Below, piece after piece: positions 53,589-64,000 of a stretch of 64,000 nt of DNA. Numbering within the stretch: position 1 is the first letter of the stretch; each line of letters begins with the position of its first letter. The notes below the pieces were generated by a model, which worked only from the letters and a program-made list of their open reading frames with translations, was not told where the DNA came from and did not search any database. Source of the DNA: Eledone cirrhosa (Eukaryota); assembly GCA_964016885.1 (NCBI GenBank), contig OZ024742.1, forward strand, positions 255,006,001 through 255,070,000, given 5' to 3'. A program made the translations under genes and the position numbers.

Positions 53589-53804
53589 TTAATAAAGATG
53601 CTGATGTTACATAAATCGTTTATTCATTATAATTATTTCAATGGTTCTCCCATGCAATCCAGATGTAATTCATCCATTTGTTGTTGTTACGAGAATGGTA
53701 TTCTCAGATGAAATTCGATTTTGTAATATGCCACCAACAGGAAAAAAACACACGTTCTGATTGCTCCTGTTTTTACCAAAACAATCTCTTCGGAACATAT
53801 ATAT

Positions 53805-55670
53805 AGGTTAGTCGTTAGTGATATCTCAGTAAGCAAGAAACGGAATGTGACATACAGGAAGGTGTGGAAAGAGAGGTCTGGAATATAAAAGAACTTTCAC
53901 TAAAATACAAATTTAGGAAAGCCCTTCAAGATGTGTATGACGAAAAAGAAGACGATTTAGAGTCGTATGACATAGATGATAACTGGAATTTCTTAAGTCA
54001 CTACTTACTGCAGTTTACTGAAGAAACTTGTGGCTTGAGCAGAGCTCCAACCAGACAGAGAGTGACCTGGTGGCGGAACAGCATGGTAGATAGGGCCATT
54101 AGAGACAAAAGACTAGCATGGAATACTTGGAAAAATGGTAGGAGTAGAGAAGGATATACAACCGCTAAGAGAGAAGCTAGACGTCAGGTGTACTTAGCAC
54201 ACGGAGGCTGAGAGTAGGAGGTTTGCCAATGTTCTGCGACGGGAAGATCGTATATGTGCGGTATTCCGCATTGCAAGGAAGTGTATCAGTGCAAATCAGG
54301 ATGTTATTGGAGATAAATATCTGGAATGATGCCTGTGTACTTAGTGTCACGAATGATCAGAAAAAGGAGGCCTGGAAATGTCATTATGGGAGACTGATGA
54401 ATGTGGAGAACGAATGGGTGATCGTTGCTGAGATGCTGAAGGCATCAGGGGACGTAGGCACTAAACTGGTTGCACGCATCATCAACGGGCTATATATGCA
54501 GGTGTCTTATCCCAAAGACTGGTGCAGCAGTATTCTCATAAATTGCTACAAAGGTAAATGGGATGTTCTGGAGTGGAGCAATTATAGGGGCATAAAACTG
54601 ATGGAGCAGGTTATGAAAGTGGCAGAAAGGATATTAGCGCAACTCATTAGAGAAAGGATCAAACTAGATGAGATGCAGTGCCTGGGAAAAGTACAACAGA
54701 AGCCCTTTTCTTAGTGAGACAATTACAAGAGAGGTTCTTAGAGAAGAATAAGCCACTATATTTAGCTTTGGTGGTCCCTAAGGAAACTAGGTGTTGAGGA
54801 ATGGCTTGTGAGCACAGTGCAAGCTTTGTACAGAGGTGATGTCAGTAAAGTGAGAGTAGGAATGGAGTTTAGTGAGGAATTCCAGATTCAAGTAGGAGTA
54901 CTTCAGGGTTCGGTCCTCAGCCCACTCTTGTTCATTATAGTGCTCCAAGTCATAACAGAGGAGTTTAAGACTGGCTGTCCATGGGAACTTCTCTATGCTG
55001 ATGATCTGATTCTTATAGCAGAATCAGGAGAGGAGCTAGATAATAAATTCTGGCTATGGAAACAGCAGTTGGAATCAAGAGGAATGAGAGTGAACCTAGC
55101 TAAGACAAAAGTGTTGATGAGTAGAATGGAGGACAAAACTCTGATTCCGCCATGGAAATGGCCATGTTCGATATGCAGAAAAGAACTGGCATAAATTCTA
55201 TAAAATGTACACAATGCAGATCCTGGGTACACAAGAGATGTAGTGGGATAGCAAGCAAACTAACAGGTAGGGAGAAATACGTATGCAGTAGATGTACAAT
55301 GAAATTTGACAGTAGAAGTCGCATTGATAGACACATATTTCAAATGCAGGTGGGTGCTATAGAAGTGGTTGATAGCTTCCGGTACCTCGGTGATCACATT
55401 AGCTTGGGAGGGGGGTGTTCCGAGGCCATAGTATCTAGAATAAGGATGGGTTGGAAGAAGTTTAGGGAGCTGCTTCCTCTACTGCCGAAGAAGTGTTTCT
55501 CCCTGCGTATGAAAGGCCGGTTAAATGATGCCTGTGTGAGATGCGCGATGTGACATGGTAGTGAGACATGGGCAGCAACCGCAGAGGATATGCGACGGGT
55601 GGAGAGAAATGAGGCAAGCATGCTCCGTTGGATATGCAATGTCAATGTGCGTGGATGTGGAAGATAGACC
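53805..55670 (+). mobile_element. RTE LINE fragment, decayed
   Basis: VTWWRN, NYRGIKL, LQGSVLSPLLF, LLYADDL, KWPCSIC, FRYLGD. Confidence 0.9.
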
Positions 55671-55919
55671 TTAATTGATGAAGATGATATATATATATAT
55701 ATATGAGAGAGAGGGAGAAAGAGAGAGATATATAAAGAGTGACGGTGAGATATATATATATATCAAAAGAAAAGTTGCTCCAAAAATGAAAGAGACAAGA
55801 AATTGTTATTTCTTTTTCATGTTGATATGTCTGTCATATCAAATGGTGTTAACTACGAACCACAATAGAAATAATATTACTATTGCCCTTAACCAACCTC
55901 TGTTAACTCTAAACTAAAT

Positions 55920-55920
<1 letters not shown>

Positions 55921-55989
<69 letters not shown>

Positions 55990-55996
55990 CCTCCCT

Positions 55997-56058
<62 letters not shown>
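55921..56058. repeat. (CT)n/(CCCT)n microsatellite
   Basis: Direct reading. Confidence 0.95.
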
Positions 56059-56061
<3 letters not shown>

Positions 56062-56179
56062 AGACACGCAGTGACTAACAACAGAATGTTTTAAGTCAGC
56101 ATGTCTGACATATATGCGTAGCTTGTGAATAAAAAAATTGAAGGGGTTGATCCTCCCAAAGATCTTTTGTAATGTATCG

Positions 56180-56346
56180 TCGTATTGGCTAATTTCATCG
56201 TCTTATTGGCTAATCAACCAATGAGTGTAATTGTTGCTCAAAAGCATCCGCCACTTCGTTTGCACGTTTATTTATCGTTTCGCTTTCGAATCTTCCTCCT
56301 GTACTTCGTCGTTTATCATCAAAATATTTTTCTCGTTTTGGTAAGT
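56180..56346 (+). promoter_or_regulatory. Candidate CCAAT-box promoter, short first exon and 5' splice donor
   Basis: TATTGGCTAAT twice plus AACCAATGA, a locally CpG-rich pyrimidine-rich stretch, then TG|GTAAGT at 56340/56341 followed by very AT-rich intron-like DNA. Confidence 0.4.
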
Positions 56347-56769
56347 TAAATTGTTAATTTATATATGATTTTTTAAATTTATATTAACTTTTTTTTTCAG
56401 TTCGTTATAACATGCTTATAATATTGGTTGTATCATATTTACTTGTATATTTGTACATATTATTGTTCATTTTATGTGAGATTATTTTATTATTATTATG
56501 TTAGACTATTTGTATGTAATATTTAATTTTTATTAATTCAACTATAACAATTATTATGTAAAATATATTTATTTAATATTGATTGTTTTTTGTAGTTGTT
56601 TATATTAAAAGTCTGAACATATTTTTTATACATCTTACAATAATATTTATAAGATCCTTTATAAAATAACAATTATATAATCTAATTACATTACAACGAT
56701 AATTTATTATTAATATATACCATGTTTAACTAGAGTTATTACAAGCGTTGCCTTAAAAAAATATTAAAG

Positions 56770-57202
56770 TAGACCTGAAAAATGTGCAAGCTCAAAAGAG
56801 CCACAGAATGTTATAATAAACCTTCAAAAATGTGGGACTAGAGTTGTTGCTCAAAAATATTGTAATCATTATCTATCGTACACTCTGTGGCATCCTTTTA
56901 TAAAAAAAGAGACTCATAACAAACTCAATTATTTAAGTGAATTTATAATATAGAATTCGGTTTAAGTGCATTTCGTATTGATCATTACTAAACATCTAAT
57001 ATGAGATATTGAACATTAGCTTAAATAATTATCGTGTCGTTTTGAGTTCGTTATGAGTTGTTTCTTTTTTATAAAAGGATGCCACAGAGTGTACGATAGA
57101 TAATGATAGCAATAGTTTTGAGCAACAACTCTAGTCCCACACTTTTGAAGGTTTATTATAACATTCTGTGGCTCTTTTGAGCTTGCGCATTTTTCAGGTC
57201 TA
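56770..57202. repeat. ~155-bp imperfect inverted repeat (56770-56927 / 57041-57202)
   Basis: TAGACCTGAAAAATG...ACTCAA versus TTGAGT...CATTTTTCAGGTCTA. Confidence 0.85.
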
Positions 57203-57747
57203 GTATATATATGTACACATAAGGTGTGGTACTTTGCTTGAAGCATTGTGGAATATAAGATACATATACAAATACAAAATACGTTTTATTATTTGGAAGC
57301 CCAACGATGCATGTTAGGTAAACATGACAAGGTAATAATAAGAAAAACGAACACAGTGAATTAAATTAAAAGAGTGGACAATTGGAATTTATCTTAGAAA
57401 TGTTTATTAATCCCAAATATTTCTGGATTTACCATCCATTATCAAGGGGAGTCCATAGCGGGGACCACAGAGAGAAACCTGAGAAATGGTGTGAGCAGCT
57501 GTTGGAACACTTTAATATTTGGGATTATTAAAAATTGCTAAGGTAACTTTCTATCGCCCTTAATCTTTAACTATACTACACAGTGTTGTTTTTTTTCTTC
57601 TTATCCTACTTTCTTATGCATTTTTACCAAAATTTCATTGTTGGGCTTCCAAATAATCAAACATATTTTGTATTCATATTTGTATCTCACACACACACAC
57701 ACACACACACACACCCACCCCCACACACACATACACACACGCGCGCG

Positions 57748-57827
<80 letters not shown>

Positions 57828-57852
57828 TGGTAACACAACAGTTAGTTCACCA

Positions 57853-57895
57853 TACCGAGAACAATTGTTTCACCTTAGCGGATCTTCAGTTCGTA
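57853..57895 (-). ncRNA. Minimal hammerhead in a small element flanked by (TA)n
   Basis: UACGAA CUGAAGA U-CC GCUAA GG-U GAAAC AAUU GUU^ CUCGGUA; palindromic AACAAUUGUU; stem I has a proximal mismatch. Confidence 0.6.
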
Positions 57896-57969
57896 CTGGT
57901 CATAGTTATACGCTGAGTGTTCTACTACTAGGGATATTACCTTCCAGTGTTCTACCTCTCTCTCTATAT

Positions 57970-58038
<69 letters not shown>

Positions 58039-58094
58039 GGTCAAAGGCTGTAGAAAATTAAGGAGGCAAAGATGTTGATTTTCAGTATTTCGTA

Positions 58095-60320
58095 TATTAA
58101 TAACTATTAAAATATAAATTTAGCAAAGCCCTTCAAGATGTGTATGACGAAAAAGAAGACGTTTTAGAGTTGTATGACATAGATAATAACTGGAATGACT
58201 TGCGTGACAACTTACTACAGGCTACTGAAGAAACTTGTGGTTGGGGCAGGGCTCCAACCAGACAGAGAGTGACCTGGTGGTGGAACAGCACGGTAGATAG
58301 GGCCATTAGAGACAAAAGACTGGCATGGAAGGCTTGAAAAAAATAGTGGGAGTAGAGAAGGATACACAGCCGCTAAGAGAGAAGCTAGACGGCAGCGGTA
58401 CTTAGCACACGGGGAGGCTGAGAGTAGGTGGTTTGCCAATGTTCTGCGACGGGAAGATCAGAGGCGTGCGGTGTTCCGCATTGCAAGGAAGTGTGTCATT
58501 GCAAATCAGGATGTTATTGGAGATAAATATGTCTGGAATGATGCCTGTGTACATAGTGGTCACGAATGATCGGAAAAAGGAGGCCTGGAAATGTCACTAT
58601 GAGAGACTGATGAATGTGGAGAATGAAGGGGAGAGAGAGAAATTACCCCCAGTAGACCCGACAGAGAGACCAGCTATTGAGATTGATGAATATAGTGTAC
58701 AAGATGCAATTAAGGAAATGAAGAATGATAAGTCTGCTGGACCGTCGGGGTTAGTTGCTAAGATGCTGAAGGCATCAGGAGAAGTAGGCACTAAACTGGT
58801 TGCACGCATCATCAATCAAGCTATATATGGTGGTGTCATACCCAAAGACTGATGCAGCAGTATTCTCATAAATTGGAGAGGAGCAATTATAGTGGCATAA
58901 AGCTGATGGATCAGGTTATGAAACTGGCAGAGAGAATATTAGCGCAACTGATTAGAGAAGGGTCAAACTAGATGAGATGCAGTTTGGTTTTGTGCCTGGG
59001 AAAAATAGAACAGATGCCCTCTTCTTAGTGAGGCAACTACAAGAGAGGTTCTTAGAGAAGAATTAGCCATTATACTTAGCTTTTGTTACTAGAGAAGGCC
59101 TTTGATAGGGTACCCCGATCAGATCTGGTGGTCCCTAAGAAAACTAGGTGCAGAGGAATGGCTTGTAAAGACAGTGCAACTATGTACAGGGGTGCTGTCA
59201 GTAAAGTCAGAGTAGGAATGGAGTTTAGTGAGGAATTCCAGATACAAGTAGGTGTACATCAGGGTTCGGTTCTCAGTCCACTCTTGTTCATTATAGTCCT
59301 CCAAGCCATTTAAGACTGGATGCCCATGGGAACTTCTCTAAGCTGATGATCTGGTTCTTATAGCAGAATCAGTAGAGGAGCTAGAGAATAAATTCTGGGT
59401 ATGGAAACAGCAGTTGGAAGCAAGAGGACTGAGAGTGAACCTATCTAAGACAAAAGTGTTAAGTAAAAAAGAGGACTATACTCCGATTCCATCAGCGAAA
59501 TGGCCATGTTCGATATGTAGGAAAGAACTGGCATAAATTCCATAAAATGTACGCAATGCAGATCTTGGGTATACAAGAAATGTAGTGGGATAGCAGGCAA
59601 ACTAACAAGTAGGGAAAACTACGTATGCAGTAGATATACAGGGAAAGTTGGCAGTAGTAATCGCAGTGATAGACACATGTTTCCAATGCAGGTGGTTTCT
59701 ATAGTAGTGGTTGATAGCTTCCGGTACCTAGGTAATCAGATTATCATGGGAGGAGGATGTTTTAAGGCCATAGTATCTAGAATAAGGACGGGTTGGAAGA
59801 AGTTTACGGAGCTGCTTCCTCAGTTGACAAAGAAGGGTTTCTCCCTGCATACAAAAGGACGGTTGATGTTTGTGTGAGATGCGCAATGCTGCATGGTAGT
59901 GAGACATGGGCAGCAACTGCAGAGGATATGCGACGGCGGGAGAGAAATGAAGGCAGCATGCTCTGTTGGATGTGCAATGTCAATGTGCGTGAACGATCAA
60001 GCATAGACGAGTTGAGAAAGAAACTGGGTTCAAGAGGGATAAGTTGTGGTGTGCGGGAGAGAAGACTGAGATGGTATGGACATATGATGTGCATGGAGGA
60101 TGACCGCTGGGTAAAAAAGTGCCAAGAAATCCCAGTAGAAGGAAGACGCAGTAGAGGTAGACCACGAAAAACATGGGCGGAGGTAGGGAAAGCAGATCTC
60201 AGATTACTGAAACTCACGGAAGAGATGACGAAGGCCTGTGACAAGTGGAGAGATGCTGTGTTGAATAGGACCCGTCCAACCCTTGCAAGCAGGGGAAAGC
60301 GGAGGTAAAATGATGATGAT
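58095..60320 (+). mobile_element. RTE LINE, 5'-truncated, decayed, 3' end present
   Basis: KSAGPSGL, EKAFDRVPR, HQGSVLSPLLF, RRLRWYGHM, GRPRKTW; TGATGATGAT tail. Confidence 0.92.
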
Positions 60321-61989
60321 TAATAATTCTGTATTTCGATGCAACACAATATATTTGAGCTATGAAATCTGAGTTGTTATAAAATAGATTACTTCATACA
60401 GCTAGGGAATATTGTAATGGCATCTCATCAGAGAAAACATAATTATTATTTGTGTAAGTGAGAAATGTGATATTCATATGTAAACACTCAAACAGTATCA
60501 GTGGAAGCTAACCAATCAGTGCTTAAGGTTTGGTGAGCTGATTTAGGATTTGTTAGTCAACCAATCATTGAAGCACATTCATACATTATTCTTAGGGATT
60601 GACTATGATTGTCCATTCATGTGACCAGTTGTGGATGATTTATAGATGTGACATGCTTATATTGTTGTTGAGAAAGATAAGGAGTAAGTAAAGCTATCAG
60701 TGACTGGTAATTTAGGTCCCTTTGATGTATGTCCAAATGATTCTTGGTGGGATTCTAAAAAGTTCAGTCAGCCTTTATTAATGATATGTTAATGATATTT
60801 TGTTCAAAATAAGTTAATTTCTTGTGAAGAGAGATGTGAGTTATAGAGTCACCTTTCTAAAGGTAATTATAACAAAGGGATATCTTTGATATATGATGAT
60901 TTAATGAAGAATTATATGTATTAGTTATATATATTATATATGGGTATATCATATATTTGAGAGGCATTTCCGTTAAAAAATTACTTTTTTTTATGCTACT
61001 ATTATCTCATATATATTATTACTACTGCATCAACGTGGAAAAATTATGAGTATTCTGGATAGAGGGCTATTCATATTTATTTTAAGCATTCTGGAACATA
61101 TGTGTTTTTAGGTAATAGGGTTTATTTAGAGAGTATGGTTTTGGAGATCAGTGGGCTGGATAGCTGGATATATAGGGTAGCTAGGAAGAGAGATAGATTG
61201 GTATTTAGAAATTGATTCATTATGTGATATATACATTGTGTTTGGGAATGTTTTTAGTGTCATGAGTAGGCAGTTAAAAATCTAGTCATGTCTAGAGTTT
61301 AAAAAGTTGGTCCTGGTCATAATTTCCAGTGAGCAAAGTTCATATTAATTTTACTCTGCTTCAGCTGCAACATATTCATTTGTGAGTTTGGTTGTTTTTT
61401 TTTAATATTAAGGTTTTCAGTTTGTGGAAAGGTTTGAAGAGTTTAGAGTGAAGGTTGAGCCTCACATCTAGGACGTTAGCAACTTTATCGTTTTGTGTGA
61501 ATTATATTTTCAAGCCCATGTTTTAAAAGAAAAATCTTATCGCCTTTCTTCTTTGAAACAGTTGTCGTCAGTTGAAGTTTTGGACTATTAGTAAGGTGTC
61601 ATATATATATATATTTTGAAGATGCAGGATTTAATGATTACGACATTTAACTCACACTTTATTTCACATTACTTCGTCTACACAGCTGGAAAAAAAAAGG
61701 TTGTACCTGTGGATCAAAGGGTGAGCCTTATCACACACTCTGTTACATTGAATCGCCTGAAAAATTATGTTAAGGGTACAGATGTCAGAGGAATGTTTAT
61801 ATGTTAATTTCACAAACAGTCTGCACTATATGTGTAACAACAAGAACTCTCAACAGTGGGGCTGAAAGAGATCCAACAACAATATCTTGTTAACATGTAA
61901 AAATCTATGTATTTACATTTTTAATCAAACCTCTTATTATTTCTATACGTACAGGTGTATATTTATAGTAGATCTCAGTTCTATAGTGC

Positions 61990-62270
61990 ACATCATACAT
62001 CCATTTATTCATGCTTGTATGGGTTAGATGTGTCTTCTCCAGCTGTCCCCACCTATTGCATTCCTTCATCATCTCCTGTATGGGGATTGGTGTTTTGAGA
62101 TCAGCTCTAACTATCTCTGCCCAGGTTTTCCTTAGTCTTTTGCTATTGCATATTCCTTACACTGGCATCTCCTTGCACTTCTTCACCCAACGATTATCAT
62201 CCATATGCAACACATGCCATTACCAGTGCTATCTTCTCCCTTGCACATTACATCCTATTCCTCAATTGAA
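61990..62270 (-). mobile_element. RTE 3'-end fragment
   Basis: Reverse-complement similarity to 60050-60310. Confidence 0.65.
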
Positions 62271-62944
62271 TATATAATATTTTCATTATTTTTTAATATA
62301 TTTTTACTTCGCAGTGTTGGCCATAAAACTATTTATAACTAACACAAATCCAACCTTTTAGGATTTTTTTGTATTTAATTTCTAAAAAGGTTTTGACTAA
62401 AATATATTGAAAATAAAGTTAGGAAAAACAGAAAGAAATCTATTCGTTGATCTCGCTTTTATATATATTTGGTAATGTTGGTATGAATGTTACTATTGTG
62501 TTGTTGTAAACATTGATATTTGGCAAAAAATAACAAACACAAATACAAACAATAATAATAATAAATAAACAAATATTAGATACGTCTCGAGTGTATTTCA
62601 GATTTAGTTTCACAAAAGATGAGTTCTGTCAGTCATTAGTCTCTTATTTCATGCTTATTACACAAAAGCTAGCCCCAAGGGACCTTTGGTAATTTTCAGC
62701 TGCATAGGTGTGTATTACAAATACAACTAAATGAACATACATACACATAAACACTCACTCACAAGTAGCACTAAATGAAGCAGCATATACACATTCCCAA
62801 ATGTAGCATCATGATTTGAATGTCTAACATAGAAGAGAAATTGTATTAAATGTTCTTTCAGCTCCTGTTATAATATATTTCTCAATGACTGGTTGATATG
62901 GCATTCATATAATTAAATGTACTTTTATATGCATTCACAAGGAT

Positions 62945-63066
62945 ACAATACACACACAGACACACATACACACACAGACACACACAGACACATACACACA
63001 CACATACACACATACACACACATACACACACACATACACACAACATATATATATATATATATATAA
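62945..63066. repeat. (CA)n/(TA)n microsatellite
   Basis: Direct reading. Confidence 0.95.
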
Positions 63067-63239
63067 CAAAGAGGGTGTTGTAAGGTACCAGGTGGAACAT
63101 AACGTAACAGAGTACTCAATACTTATGGTAGTAGAGTGGGTAATAGGAAAAGAGTCAAGACCCCGACAGCTGAGCTGTGGCCGTTTTGATAGCTAGATCA
63201 GACTCTTTTCCAATATTATGTTAGAATGCCCCCCCCCCC

Positions 63240-63537
63240 CATCAGTCACTAATGACCATGGTTTTTACACATAGAAAATTTCCCGCCTGGGGAAGGTTTG
63301 TTAGTGGAAGACCAGCAGTTGCCCATGCATACCACTCTCCTCTCTCCACGCCACTGATGTTATCCAAGGGAAAGACAATGGCTCATATAGCTCAGCACTA
63401 GTAACATCACAAGTAATTTCTACAGCTGAGTGAACTGGAACAATATGAATCAAGGACACAACGCATTACCCAATCTGAGAATCTAACTCATAAACTCTCA
63501 ATTGCAAGGCCAAAGCTCTAACCACTAAGCCATCCAC
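63240..63537 (-). mobile_element. tRNA-derived SINE, decayed
   Basis: Minus-strand head TGGCTTAGTGGTTAGAGC (A box)...GAGTTAGATTC (degenerate B box), then TTGTGTCCTTGA typical of SINE bodies. Confidence 0.6.
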
Positions 63538-63550
63538 TTTCATTATATAT

Positions 63551-64000
63551 ATGCATATATCCACACAGAACCTGTTCCAAAATCGTAGATCCCAACCCAC
63601 ACAAAGGAATAAAATCTACAACCCGGAATATCAACAAACGGAACCACAATACGTCCGAAACTTCTATACAAGACCGCACAACAAAAGGGAAAATGCCATT
63701 AGATATAATAATACCCATGAAAAAAAATTCCAGAAAAATCATTTTTTTAGACCAAGGCTACAGGACCCACGACACCCGGTGGCACAAACCGATTTTGAAA
63801 ATCCGAAAATAATCAACCTTTCAAATACAAACCTCTCAGCCCAACAAGTTAAAATTCTCTCCAAAGGACTGAAATTCACACCAACACCACAATACTCTAA
63901 CCTCAATGAGATAAATGACGATATCTCACACTTCTGTAGAAAATTACGTCTCACAGAGGAATTTTTTGACAAGGAGAAAAACGACCAATCAATTGTACGG
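63551..64000 (+). CDS. N-terminus of a second Penelope-like element ORF (Neptune/Poseidon-like); runs off the window
   Basis: Stop-free frame from ATG 63551 reads ...KIINLSNTNLSAQQVKILSKGLKFTPTP...DISHFCRKLRLTEEFF, matching the PLE pre-RT motif INLS...LxKGLxFxPTP...FxRxLRL. Confidence 0.8.
   Translation, partial: MHISTQNLFQNRRSQPTQRNKIYNPEYQQTEPQYVRNFYTRPHNKRENAIRYNNTHEKKFQKNHFFRPRLQDPRHPVAQTDFENPKIINLSNTNLSAQQVKILSKGLKFTPTPQYSNLNEINDDISHFCRKLRLTEEFFDKEKNDQSIVR

Noticed and set aside
56772-56815. CTGAAAA-hairpin-GAATGTT hammerhead-like string
   Set aside because: C3/A8 mismatch, no GAAA, no stem I, and the orientation is opposite to the other fold-back HHRs.
60330-61600. Possible host exons in unique-looking AT-rich DNA
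   Set aside because: No ORF, recognisable motif or paired splice signals that I can support.

Overview
Eukaryotic, AT-rich, repeat-dominated DNA with no recognisable host protein-coding exon. The RTE LINE and SINE families and the (TA)n/(AAT)n load resemble a cephalopod such as Octopus, but that is inference. Bases 1-28012 are about 50 near-identical 555-556 bp tandem monomers. Each monomer carries, on the minus strand, a type I hammerhead ribozyme (HHR) fold: ACUCC-CUGAUGA-stem II-GAAAC-UAAUUA-GUU^GGAGU. The array ends in a 5'-inverted partial copy, a signature of retrotransposition, so it looks like a retrozyme-type ribozyme satellite. The remaining 36 kb is a retroelement graveyard. It holds a Penelope-like element (PLE; RT + GIY-YIG, Naiad-like) with HHR-bearing pseudo-LTRs and the start of a second PLE ORF at the window end. 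It also holds several unrelated small HHR elements, mostly in fold-back arrangements, including a U3-A8 compensatory core variant. There are many decayed RTE LINEs (one with a twin-priming inversion), an R4/Dong-like RLE element, and a near full-length Tx1/L1-clade element inserted in the Dong (AAT)n tail. Coordinates and folds were read by eye; ribozyme activity and expression are untested.
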